From Octopus vulgaris (Eukaryota): DNA of 64,000 bases. The translations under genes and the position numbers were made by a program. The notes beneath the pieces were generated by a model that had not been told where the DNA came from, made no database searches, and saw only the letters and a list, made by a program, of their open reading frames with translations. This document shows positions 40,080-52,665 of the stretch, one piece after another; position 1 is the first letter of the stretch, and every line of letters begins with the position of its first letter. The DNA lies in assembly GCA_951406725.2 (NCBI GenBank), contig OX597839.1, forward strand, positions 22,320,001-22,384,000, given 5' to 3'.

Positions 40080-40632
40080 GCCCTGATGCAGTACCAGGCA
40101 GTGGCTCTCATGGCTTCTGATCTTAACTGATTGCAAGTGTTATCATGTACATTGTTTTGTCTTGGTATAAAAGATGGGCTGCAGCAAATATTCTGCTCAA
40201 TACTACAGATTTGCTTGTCAGTTGCTTGACCTTAACCAGTCGAGCATGTCCCTTAGTGGCTGCCGATATGTGCATCTCTGATCACGAGCAGAGGTAGTGG
40301 GGGAGCATCATAGCCATGTGTTGAGAGGGATTCTTTGGGGTTTGAATAATTCACCTCTGGAAACATGGGTGGTTCTTTCAACATCCTTAAACAACTCTTA
40401 TTCAGGGACCTTTTGAGCGGGATGTGTTACTCAACCTGAAGAAAATTCTAACTGGGCCCCACCTGCAAGGTCATGTGCTGTTTATCTTGATATGAGATCA
40501 CTATGTCGCGCACATATGGTTGTGATGCATGTGCCTGGTGTACCCTTATCAGACGGGTAGTCATGATAGGTATATTGGGCTTCGTATATTTTACCCCAGT
40601 GTCACTTTGATGGCATGAACTGCTCTCTCACT
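40078..40632 (+). mobile_element. Family E element (~555 bp) in (TAA)n
   Basis: ATGCCCTGATGCAGTACCAGG...CTCTCTCACT flanked by (TAA)n on both sides. Confidence 0.8.
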
Positions 40633-40747
40633 CAATAATAATAATAATGATAATAATAATAATAATAAGAAGAAGAAGAAGAAGAAGAACAACAACAACA
40701 ACAATAACAATAACAATAATAATAATAATAATAATAATAACAACAAT

Positions 40748-40785
<38 letters not shown>

Positions 40786-40793
40786 CAATGATG

Positions 40794-40839
<46 letters not shown>

Positions 40840-40841
<2 letters not shown>

Positions 40842-41395
40842 GCCCTGATGCAGTACCAGGCAGTGGCTCTCATGGCTTCTGATCTTAACTGATTGCAAGT
40901 GTTATCATGTACATTGTTTTGTCTTGGTATAAAAGATGGGCTGCAGCAAATATTCTGCTCAATACTACAGATTTGCTTGTCAGTTGCTTGACCTTAACCA
41001 GTCGAGCATGTCCCTTAGTGGCTGCCGATATGTGCATCTCTGATCACGAGCAGAGGTAGTGGGGGAGCATCATAGCCATGTGTTGAGAGGGATTCTTTGG
41101 GGTTTGAATAATTCACCTCTGGAAACATGGGTGGTTCTTTCAACATCCTTAAACAACTCTTATTCAGGGACCTTTTGAGCGGGATGTGTTACTCAACCTG
41201 AAGAAAATTCTAACTGGGCCCCACCTGCAAGGTCATGTGCTGTTTATCTTGATATGAGATCACTATGTCGCGCACATATGGTTGTGATGCATGTGCCTGG
41301 TGTACCCTTATCAGACGGGTAGTCATGATAGGTATATTGGGCTTCGTATATTTTACCCCAGTGTCACTTTGATGGCATGCACTGCTCTCTCACTG
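40840..41395 (+). mobile_element. Family E element, tandem duplicate
   Basis: Almost identical to 40078-40632. Confidence 0.8.
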
Positions 41396-41484
41396 AATAA
41401 TAATAATAAAAATAATAATAAGGAAAGAAAGGATAGGATAGAAATGTGAAAAAAATATAAAAATAAAGCATATTCAAGTTACAC

Positions 41485-41530
<46 letters not shown>

Positions 41531-41849
41531 AATGTGTATATACAAATGATGGTGAGGAATACTACATTGGGAGTGGTAACGACTAGGGTAGGGTAACTGA
41601 CTGCTTATTGTGATCATTCGTCTTTTGGTTTTCTGTAGCTTTGCTCTCTTTTACAAACCCAGTGAACATATATTTCCTATTTCAAAGAAATTCAAACAAT
41701 AGATATAAGACCCAAGTTAAAAAGATTCTCAACAATTCAACTTCTCTGGTTGACATTAAGATGCCCACCCCCAACAAAGGCCTTAACTCTCACATTTTAG
41801 AGCTCCATGACCTTCATTTTTCAGGAGCAAAATCTTTTTAACAAGTTCA

Positions 41850-42067
41850 ATAAGACTGGAATTTTGGAATATGCGCATAAAAATCAGTAGTATGGGATAC
41901 ATGTGGCACGATTACAATTTTTTTTAGGGTATGTAATGAGGGAAATAACCCTCATCTGCAATTTTGATGAAATTTGAAACATAGATATTCCAGTTCATTA
42001 CAGAAAATATAACAGAAAAGTCTAATTCTTCAATTGTAACTCGGGCAACACCGGGTAACTCTGCTAG
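41850..42067 (+). mobile_element. Helitron-like 3' end
   Basis: CTCGGGCAACACCGGGTAACTCTGCTAG followed by T. Confidence 0.6.
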
Positions 42068-42466
42068 TATTTTTATATATGTTTTGTAATTTTAATCTTA
42101 ATCTTATTTGAGAAATGAAACATTCGTTGGTGAATATGTTGATTAATTAATAAATTAATTTGTATTAATTGATCTCTCTGTTTTCTAATTCAATAAAAAT
42201 GTTTGATACTCTCTTTTACTCTTTTACTTGCTTCAGTCATTTGACTGTGGTCACGCTGGAGCACCGCCTTTAGCTGAGCAAATCGACCCCAGGACTTATT
42301 CTTTGTAAGCCTAGTACTTATTCTATCGGTCTCTTTTGCCGAGCCGCTAAGTTACGGGGACATAAATACACCAGCATCGGTTGTCAAACGATGTTGGGGG
42401 GGGGGGACAAACACAGACACACAAACACACACACATACATATACACACATGCATATACTTGTGTGT

Positions 42467-42890
42467 AAAAATGCTTAGCTGTGTAAAAATTCTTAGCTGG
42501 GCAAAATGCTTAGCTGGGCAAAATGCTTAGCTGGGCAAAATGCTTAGCCGGGCAAAATGCTTAGATGGGCAAAATGCTTAGCCGGGCAAAATGCTTAGCC
42601 GGGCAAAATGCTTAGCCGGGCAAAATGCTTAGCCGGGCAAAATGCTTAGCCGGGCAAAATGCTTAGCTGGGCAAAATGCTTTGCTGGGCAAACGCTTAGC
42701 TGGGCAAAATGCTTAGCTGGGCAAAATGCTTAGCTGGGCAAAATGCTTAGCTGGGCAAAACGCTTAGCTGGGCAAAATGCTTAGCTGGGCAAAATGCTTA
42801 GCCGGGCAAAATGCTTAGCTGGGCAAAATGCTTATCTGGGCAAAATGTTCAGCCGGGCAAAATGCTTAGCCGGGCAAACGCTTAGCTGGG
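42467..42890 (+). repeat. 17-bp minisatellite (GGGCAAAATGCTTAGCY) x ~25, derived from the SINE B head
   Basis: Direct inspection; the remainder of SINE B follows at 42890-43060. Confidence 0.95.
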
Positions 42891-44054
42891 CATTTTGGTC
42901 ATCTTTACAGCCTTAGTTCAGATTCCTCTGACGTTGATTTTGTTGCCCCATCCTGTAAGTGGGGTTCATAAAATAAGTACCAGCTGAGCACTGGGGTTGA
43001 TGTAATCAACATAGCCCCTCCCCTCAAAAATTGCTGGCCTTGTGCCAAAATTTGGAACCTTTTATATTATGAAGTGACTTCCCCACCCCTGAGAGGTCCA
43101 TACACTCCTCACTAATGTTTCCAGCCTAATTATGGTAATTATACTTGTGGAACTGTGTCTCCCATGCTGGTCAAAGACATGTTACTAACCCTCCCCCTTG
43201 GGCCAGGGGTGGGATTCATTTAAAAGACTAAATCAAAGTTGGTATTTCTTGACTATGGAAGGCCAAAAGGACTTTCATCATCTCACCATATCCCTCTCTC
43301 TCTCTTCCTTTCACCATCTCCCCTGTCTTTCTTTCACCCCTTCTTCTTCTTTCACCATCTCCTCTTCTTTCACATCCCCCTCTCCTTTTATGCTTCTCTT
43401 TATTTTACTTACTCCCTCTGTCTCTCTTTTTGACCTCTACCCTCTCTCTCTTTCTCTCGCTCCTCCTCTCTTCCCCCCACTTTCTGTCTTTCACTACCTC
43501 CCACTCATTACGGTCTCCCCCAAGGCTCACTCCTGAGACCAATGTTGTTCAGTATTTCCATTTGAAACACCTTCAGTATTTCCCTCTCCATGCCCACCTC
43601 ACCAAACTCTTATTCTACTTCACATTGTCAATTGACTTTTCAATAAGCCAGGTGTGTGGGGGTGGGGTGGTGGTGGTAGTGGTGGGCGAATAATTTACTC
43701 TGCATATTTTCCTAATTGTTTGCCGGTATTAAGTAAACATTTGAACTGATGTCTCTGGAAAACGACCGTTATAATTCCATTTCGGAAAGAATTGCAATTA
43801 TATTGTTGTCAAGAGCTCCTTTCATGAAGACTCTGTCTGCAGTAAGTTAGCTGGTCAGCATGGATTTCCAACGGCAGCGCTTGATCTACAAAAGCCTCAT
43901 CGATGACTATCTATTGACAATATACATATTTATCCATGAGAAGACTTTGACAATTATAGTCTGGTTCTCGCAACACAAAGACACACATATCAAATAAACA
44001 AACTGGTGTGTTCTCTTCTCTGAAATGCCATCTTTATATTTATTCAGTAATAAT

Positions 44055-44497
44055 TAAGGCAGAAAACTGGCAGAATCGTTACCATGCCAGGCAAAATGCT
44101 TGGCAGTATTTTGTCTGTCTTTATGTTCTGAGTTCAAATTCTGCTGATGTTGACTTTGCCTTTCATCCTTTTGGGGTCAATAAATTAAGTACCAGTTACA
44201 CACTGGGGTCAATGTGATCAACTATCCCCCTCCCTAGAAAATCCAGGCCTTGTGCCTATAGTAGAAAGGACTATCATCATCATCATCATCAAGGCAGTAA
44301 GCTGGCAGAATCGTTAACAAGTTGCATAAAATGCTTAGCAGTATTTCATCTTAATGTTCTGAGTTCAAATAGCACTGAGGTCAACTTTATAATTTCATCC
44401 TTCTTTGGGGGGGGGGGTCGATAAATTAAGTACCAGTGAATCACTGGGACTGATGTAATCAACTAGTCCCCTCCTCCTAAACTTCAGGCCTTGTCCC
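44055..44497 (+). mobile_element. Two tandem SINE B copies
   Basis: Family match. Confidence 0.8.
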
Positions 44498-44744
44498 AGT
44501 TCGTCAGGAATGGGGGGTATCTTCCAATTCCTTAAAAGAAATTTTTACAGATGTTTGCAACTACTAAAAATCTCAGATCGAGAGTTCAAGATTGAGTTTG
44601 GTTCCCTGGATCTAAATAGGACATATTATTATATTTTTCAAAATTCTCTTTTTATTTACACTGGGTAAAACCAGGCAACTTGGATGCTGACATCTCTTTT
44701 AGAGGAATTTACATCTTTGATTTTTTTTTTTATATGAATAGTCA

Positions 44745-45345
44745 CAGGTGTGGCTGTGTGGTAAGTAGCTTGCTTACCAAACTCATGGTTCCAGGTTCAA
44801 TCCTACTGTGTGGCACCTTGGGTAAGTGTCTTCTACTTTAGCCTCTGGCCGACCAAAGCCTTACAAGTGGATTTTGTAGACGGAAACTGAAAGAAGCCCG
44901 TCATATATAACATATATAATATCATCATCATCATCATCATCGTTTAACGTCCGCTTTCCATGCTAGCATGGGTTGGACAGTTCAACTGGGGTCTGGGAAG
45001 CCCGAAGGCTGCACCAGGCCAGTCAGATCTGGCAGTGTTTCTACAGCTGGATGCCCTTCCTAACGCCAACCACTCCGAGAGTGTAGTGGGTGATTTTATG
45101 TGCCACCGACACAGGTGCCAGACGAGGCTGGCGAACGGCCACGCTCGTATGGTGTTTTTTACGTGCCACCAGCACGGTCCTCTCACCATTGCTTGAGAAT
45201 TGATGCTGAAACTTAGCGGTTTGACAAAAGAGACTGATAGAATAAATACTGGGCTTACAAAGAATAAGTCCTGGGGTCAGTTTGTTCCACTGAAGGCAAT
45301 GCTCCAGCATGGCTGCAGTCAAAATGACTGAAACAAGTAAAAGAA
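44745..45345 (+). mobile_element. SINE A split at its central microsatellite by a family D copy (44920-45180, minus)
   Basis: Head 44745-44905 and tail 45185-45345 flank D. Confidence 0.8.
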
Positions 45346-45379
45346 TACACACACATTGATATATATAAATTGGCTGTAA

Positions 45380-45793
45380 TAATGTTCGTCCTTCGGGTTC
45401 GAAGATGACCACTGACATCATCTGGTGGAACTGCCACTATGAGACCGGAGGTGGCCGGTGAGGCCAATCCGGGCAAGGAAGCCCCTCCCACAGGTGGGGC
45501 AGAAGTGGGTAGGGGCCGTGCTACTGGTGCAGGCGGCTCTGGCTTTCCGCATCTGGCGTTTCTGCTCTGCTGACCGAATCCGTCCCTCCTCGGCTGTCCC
45601 TGCTCCTGTGGTGATTGCGCTGCGCCAGGATGAGCGGTCGGCAGGAAGCGTCTCCCAAGTCTCTGTGCCGATGGAGAAGTCTTTGAGAGAGACCTTGAGA
45701 CTGTCCTTGAAGCGCTTCTTCTGCCCTCCGACTTTGCGTTTGCCCTGGCTGAGTTCACCGTAGAAGAGCTGTTTTGGGATGCGAGTGTCAGAC
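45380..45793 (-). mobile_element. 5'-truncated RTE-clade LINE with TSD
   Basis: Open C-terminus DTRIPKQLFYGELSQGKRKVGGQKKRFKD...CPTCGRGFLARIGLTGH; 13-bp TSD AAATTGGCTGTAA at 45367 and 45794. Confidence 0.92.
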
Positions 45794-46165
45794 AAATTGG
45801 CTGTAAAGTTACATTAATGACCCAAGGGTGGGGATTTTTCTGTATGCATTGTTAAGTGTCATGCAAGAAACTCTAAGCTTCAGAGTCACTCCAATGAGTT
45901 TACAGCTAAGACACACACACACAAACTCCCACTCTCTAAGGTATCTATAGCACATGCAGCTTATTATAAAGAACATCCAATATTCCCAGCCTGAATATAG
46001 ATCTCTATTTACAAGATTATGTAACGATGCCACACAAAATGCTATCAATTTAACTATTGGCTGTGTTAGAAATCAAATTTTTGAAACAAACCTCCACATT
46101 TCAAATCTTTATGAGTTTCTATAAATCTTCTCCTCATAATATAATATAGTATAATATAATTGAAA

Positions 46166-46197
<32 letters not shown>

Positions 46198-46219
46198 GAA
46201 TATATATATATATACAATG

Positions 46220-46297
<78 letters not shown>

Positions 46298-46299
46298 GA

Positions 46300-46364
<65 letters not shown>

Positions 46365-46550
46365 GGAATATATATATATATATATATATATATTCCATTG
46401 TATGCTTTATTTCCACTCTATTCTGTTTTTGTTTAATGAAAATAAATAGTAAGAACAATATTTGCCAATGTTTTTTTAGTCCTTATATTAAATATAAGAG
46501 ATCATTTTTGGAAAGTATATTTTGCGGACACACACACACACACACACATA

Positions 46551-46601
46551 ATTTATAGAAAAGAAAGCAAAAGGTTTTTATTGTAAGAAAAAAACGAAAG
46601 C

Positions 46602-46635
<34 letters not shown>

Positions 46636-46742
46636 GTCCAACCCATATAGCATGGAAAGCGGACGTTGAACGATGATGATGATATATATATGCTTTCGTT
46701 TTTTTCTTACAATAAAAACCTTTTGCTTTCTTTTCTATAAAT
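46551..46742. repeat. Inverted repeat with ~60-bp arms enclosing (TA)n and a family D tail fragment
   Basis: ATTTATAGAAAAGAAAGCAAAAGG... / ...CCTTTTGCTTTCTTTTCTATAAAT. Confidence 0.9.
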
Positions 46743-46826
46743 TTTTTTATTGACAAATTTAATTTATCTTCTTTCCTTTCCATGCACTTTCTTGCTATCT
46801 TTAGATATGCATGTGTGTGTGTGCAT

Positions 46827-46860
<34 letters not shown>

Positions 46861-47020
46861 TGTATGTATGTATGTATGTATGTATGTATGCATGCATGTA
46901 TATGTATATATATAGGCATATGTTTTTGTATGTGCATATCTGCATGTATAAACTCACATGTATATGTATGCATATGCATAGACATATAAAAACATATGCC
47001 TATATATATACATATACATA

Positions 47021-47395
47021 GCGCAGGAGTGGCTGTGTGGTAAGTAGCTTGTTTACCAACCGCATGGTTCCGGGTTCAGTCCCACTGCGTGGCACCTTGG
47101 GCAAGTGTCTTCTACTATAGCCTCGGGCCGACCAAAGCCTTGTGAGTGGATTTGGTAGACGGAAACTGAAAGAAGCCTGTCGTATATATGTATATGTATG
47201 TATCTGTGTTTGTCCCCCTAGCATTGCTTGACAACCGATGCTGGTGTGTTTACATCCCCGTCACTTAGCGGTTCGGCAAAAGAGACCGATAGAATAAGTA
47301 CTGGGCTTACAAAGAATAAGTCCCGGGGTCGATTTGCTCGACTAAAGGCGGTGCTCCAGCATGGCCGCTGTCAAATGACTGAAACAAGTAAAGAG
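47021..47395 (+). mobile_element. SINE family A
   Basis: Family match. Confidence 0.9.
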
Positions 47396-47436
47396 TATAC
47401 ATACATGTATGTACATATATATATATAGACATATAC

Positions 47437-47488
<52 letters not shown>

Positions 47489-47599
47489 GTATAGTGAGTG
47501 GGCAAACAAGAAGAGAAAAAGACACTCAACCCATTCAGTAGGAGTCGCATGTATTATAATTATTCAAAACGGTTTGATTCACCAAATCCTGCTGTTTTA

Positions 47600-48345
47600 A
47601 ATCATCATCATCATTCAATGTTTCCCATGCTGGCGTGGATTAGATGGCTCGACAGGAAGTGGCAAGGCCAGGGGCCCACGCCCAGTGCCATAGTCTGCTA
47701 TGACTTGGTTTCTACGCCTGGGTGCCCTTCCTAATACTGACCACTCCACAGAATGTACTTGGGTGCTTTTTTAAGTGGCACCATCACCCACGCCAATGCT
47801 TTTTATGTGGCCCCTTGGTTTTAAGATCTCAATTCTGTAGTGGTGGGCAGGTCTTCTTAAGTACAGCAATGTACCACATTTCTTAGACCTCTCTCATCTC
47901 CTTCATAAGGCCCGACATTTTGAGATCAACTTATCCCATGTATTCCTGGTTCTGCCTCTTCCACAACTTCTCCCCACTGTAAGTGATTGGTACTTCTTTA
48001 TGCAGCTGTCTTCATCCATCTGCATCAGACAATCAAACCAGCGTAGCCTCCTCTCTTGCACTCTGCATCTAATTCCTCTTACGATTAACAATTCTCTCAA
48101 TAATAAACCAGCACTCTGTCACACATGCACACTGACATTGCACATCCAGCAGACCATACCAGCTTCATTCCTCTTCAGCCTTCACATGTCCTCTACATTC
48201 AGTGCCCACATCTCACTACCATGCAGCACCACAGTTCATACACATGCCTCATACAATCGTCCCTTCACTCGGAGAGAGAGAGAGACCTTTGGTTGCTTTG
48301 TTACCATCAGAAGTAAGAGTTCTCTGAACTTTCTCCATTCTATTC
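47600..48345 (-). mobile_element. Old RTE/RTEX-like LINE 3' end whose UTR resembles family D
   Basis: VQERRLRWF...GRSCGRGRTRNTWD motif, followed in sense direction by a D-like sequence and (GAT)n tail. Confidence 0.7.
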
Positions 48346-48346
48346 T

Positions 48347-48378
<32 letters not shown>

Positions 48379-48504
48379 CCTTTCTGCTATAGGTCTGAAA
48401 TTTTGCGGTAAGGAAAAATCTATTACATCGACTCCAGTGTCTCACTGGTACTTAATTTATTGACCCTGAAAAGATGAAAGGCAAAGTTAACCTTGGTGGA
48501 AATA

Positions 48505-48540
<36 letters not shown>

Positions 48541-48977
48541 TAATGTATGTGTATGTGTGTCTATATATGTAGAGATGCATGTGTGTATATATACATATAT
48601 AAATGTTTATCTGTGTATGTATGTGTGGATATATGTACATACATGTGTATATGTACTTATATGTATTTATATATGTGTGTATATGTATATATATTTACAT
48701 ATTTAGGTACGCAAGTATATATTTACATATGCATTACACACACACACACATACATACGCACACACACAGAGTAAGTTTCTGCTCAGCTGTCATTTACCAA
48801 ATTTCATCCACGAGCTATTATTGTCCCTGACGCTACAGTAAAATAAAATACTTGCTCAAGGTAACATGCCGTGAGGTCTAACCTAGATCCACATGGTCGA
48901 GCCATGAAGTTTTCAACTCAATGTGTCTACAACTGTTTCAATCCAATATGCAGTTATAATCATTATTTATCTTAATT

Positions 48978-49365
48978 ATGGTAGAATCGTTAGCACACCA
49001 GGTGAAATGCTTAGTGGTATTTCGTCTGCTGTAAGGCGGCGAGCTGGCAGAATCGTTAGCACGTCGGGCGAAATGCCTAGCGGTATTTCGGCTGCCGTTA
49101 CGTTGTGAGTTCAAATTCCGCCGAGGTTGACTTTGCCTTTCATCCTTTCGGGGTCGATAAATTAAGTACCAGTTACGTACTGGGTCGATATAATCGACTT
49201 AATACCTATGTCTGTCCATGTTTGTCCCCTCTATGTTTAGCCCCTTGTAGGTAATAAAGAAATAGGTATTTCGTCTGCTGCTATGTTCTGTGTTCAAATT
49301 CCGCTGAGGTCGACTTTGCCTTTCATCCTTTCGGGGTCGATAAATTCAGTACCAGTCATACACTG
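48978..49365 (+). mobile_element. Young SINE B (49032-49264) nested in older SINE B
   Basis: 16-bp TSD GGTATTTCGTCTGCTG at 49016 and 49265. Confidence 0.88.
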
Positions 49366-49881
49366 TACCACACAGCCATGCCTGTGCCCCTGTTGGTCAG
49401 TTTACTTCCTTGTTGACCCTTGACCAATGAACTTTGTGTACAACCCCAAATACTGATGTTTACTGACCAGAAACCCTGCAGATTTGAACATGTGATCTGT
49501 CAGTTTGAAGTGTAATGTACTTCCTGTCTGGAGATGGCTTCTGGGTAAATGAAAGTGGGGTGGGGGGAGGTGATGGGATAAAGGAGAGGAGGAGTGGAAA
49601 GGAAGGTGTGGAGAGCGTGAATGAGGAGGGTGATAGTAGAACATAGATTGCAATTGATGGGAGGGGAGGAGCAGGGAGACAGGGTTTGGTTCAGAGAGAG
49701 AGGGAGGGAGAGGATGAGAGAGGAAGGAAAGAGGGAGCGAGAGGGAAGGGGAGGGAGGGAATAAATGAATAAAGAGAGAAAGAAAGGGAGGACATTGCTA
49801 AATATAAAAGGAGAAAAAAACTGGAAAGGAGGAGAGTGTGGTGGGGAGAAGTAAGAAATAAATTAATAATTAATAATATCA

Positions 49882-50283
49882 GCAGGAGTGGCTGTGTGGT
49901 AAGTAGCTTGCTAACCAACAACATGGTTCCGGGTTCAGTCCCACTGCGTGGCACCTTGGGCAAGTGTCTTCTGCTATAGCCCCGGGCTGACCAGTGCCTT
50001 GTGAGTGGATTTGGTAGACGGAAACTGAAAGAAGCCTGTCGTATATATGTATATATATATGTGTGTGTGTGTGTATGTTTGTGCGTCTGTTTGTCCCCCT
50101 AGCATTGCTTGACAACCACTGCTGGTGTGTTTACGTCCCCGTTACTTAGCGGTTCGGCAAAAGAGACCGATAGAATAAGTACTGGGCTTACAAAAAGAAT
50201 AAAGTCCCGGGATCGAGTTGTTCGATTAAAGGCGGTGCTCCAGCATGGCCGCAGTCTGAAACAAGTAAAAGAGTAAAAAGAGA
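49882..50283 (+). mobile_element. SINE family A
   Basis: Family match. Confidence 0.9.
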
Positions 50284-50619
50284 ATGTCAATTTGTTTGGA
50301 CAATTATTGATTAATTAACTGGTTGGTGAAACATGGTTCTTTGATTCAATTCTCATTACAGCAACCTGGGTTCAAGTTTACTGAATGTCTTCTACCATTT
50401 CTTTATCTTGATCAATGCCTTCCACATGGAATTTGGTAGACGGAAACTGTGAGGAATCCCCCAATCCCGTTTTATTTTGGATACCTCCCTTTTTTTAAAT
50501 TCTTCTCACCTGTTATGGTTTTCAACCATTTTTACCTATGGACCTCTTTGATTTTTATTTGGCCCTACTGGACCCTCCAAAGCCATTCAATATTCAAAAG
50601 ATCCCATTGTATTTCTATT

Positions 50620-51022
50620 TCTCTTTTCTCTTTACTCTTTTACTTGTTTCAGTCATTTGACTGCGGCCATGCTGGAGCACCACCTTTAGTCGAGCAAATC
50701 AACCCCGGGACTTATTCTTTTGTAAGCCCAGTACTTATTCTATCGGTCTCTTTTGCCGAACCGCTAAGTGACGGGGACGTAAACACACCAGCATCGATTG
50801 TCAAGCAATGCTAGGGGGACAAACACAAACACACACACATATATATATATATGTATATTCGACAGGCTTCTTTTAGTTTCCGTCTACCAAATCCACTCAC
50901 AAGGCATTGGTCGTCCCGGGGCTATAGCAGAAGGCACTTGCCCAAGATGCCATGCAGTGGGACTGAACCCGCAACCATGTGGTTGGTTAGCAAGCTACTT
51001 ACCACACAGCCACTCCTGCGCC
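50620..51022 (-). mobile_element. SINE family A
   Basis: Family match; inverted relative to 49882-50283. Confidence 0.9.
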
Positions 51023-52665
51023 TATGATTAAACATTTTTAGGAATTCTATAAAAAAAACTTGTTAAAATGTTTTGTGCATCGTAGATGTACAAGCAGTTT
51101 ATTGTGCATAAACTTTGACAACAAAATTTTATATGGGCCCCCAAGTGTCATGTGGACCCTGGTTCGTAACCATTGGATGAGAGTTTTGTCAAATCTCTAA
51201 TTAGTTCTTAATTATATCATTGTCGACGTCCTCATTATCATTGTCGTTATCATCCTCCTTCTCATCATCATCATTTTACATCTGTTTTTCTCTGCTGGCA
51301 TTACTCGGAGGGCTCTGTCCCAGCATGGCGTCTCGCCACTTCTTGCTCATTAGGCATTCATTAACAGAAAAACAGCCAGTCTTTGTCGAAGAGTATATTG
51401 TAATTTCTTGGCCTGTTTTTAATGGTTTCCTGCCCTCCTCTATCACACACACTCACAACCACATGTATGTATGTATGTCTGGTGTCACACTGATGAAGCA
51501 GACACTTTTATGCAGACACAGACATAATCTTTATAACTGAAGTTAGTCCTAAGTTATTATGTTTAAACAGGACAAAAGTGACGCAAGCTCTTCAAAGAAT
51601 TCCTGGCCAAAAGAATGGTTCTGGTTTTAAAAAGAAATATTTCTATCACAATATTCTTTGTACCGAATGAGTGAAAAGTGCAAATGAAATTTCTATAAAA
51701 GTTGTTGCCGTATTTGGTTGTCAAAATTCATGATTCCCTGGTGTATGTTAATTGGATATTGAATCAAAGAGATCGATATATTGATACAGATTTGTAAAAG
51801 AGTAAAGAACATGAATATTTACATCTTTCTACACAAGAAATCACAAGAATTCTTTTATTTTCCTGCAAGAATTTATTGCTACCATAAAAACGGTAGCTGT
51901 TTCTTTATTTAATCAAGTGAATAGGTTCGGTTTATTAATGATCTTATATGACTACCTCACCATGGTGGAACTAAGTATGGTTATTTTAATGTTCTGGTGA
52001 AGTAAATAAGGTCGCAGAGGGGTGGGGAGTTCATGAAGTGGAAACTTGCAGAAAAATTTCTCGATTCTGATATTTTAAATTAGCAATGTAGTTTTCTGCA
52101 GTTCTTTCACAGCAAAAGACAAATCTTCAAAGGTTGTGGAATAAAATAAAAATTGTAAAAATATTGGAAATTGGTGAGGAAATGTCTTTCGAGGAATATC
52201 AATCCTTCACGTTATTAACAATTCGCACCAATTCTGATCGATTCCCTTCGGAACACTTCGTTTTTCATCAAAATAATTCCACGTTTTTATACAACCACTT
52301 CAGTGTGACATTCACCTGTAAGAGTAATAGCCACAGAGAGAGAGAGAGAGATAAGGTCTTGAGAGTAAAATAATTTTGCAGTAAAAAAAAAAAAAAAATG
52401 AAGATGAAGGTGATTCTCGGAGAATTATTCCACCAAATAACGAATGAAAAAAAAGGGGGTGCAACTCGGCCCTTTAACACTAGAAGGACCGAATGCGTCA
52501 ATTGACGCATTTTGAAATCTTAATTGCACACAATTCGAAAATTATTGTAGGTTTTGACACCACGGTGCTTGATTTTGCATACTTTTATGATTTCTGTTTA
52601 CACTAGAAATCATAGGTTGTTCGTACAAACTGCGAAATCCCCCAAAAAACCCATTCTACCTTTAA

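Noticed and set aside
39143-40892. Poly-Ile, poly-Leu and poly-Tyr ORFs up to 201 aa
   Set aside because: Translations of (TAA)n tracts.
42467-42890. CRISPR-like array (also 57697-57915 and 46190-46370)
   Set aside because: Head-to-tail repeats without unique spacers, no cas genes, eukaryotic context.
43198-43536. Ser/Leu/Phe-rich ORF (also 27943-28260 and 49691-49963)
   Set aside because: Polypyrimidine or polypurine low-complexity tracts.
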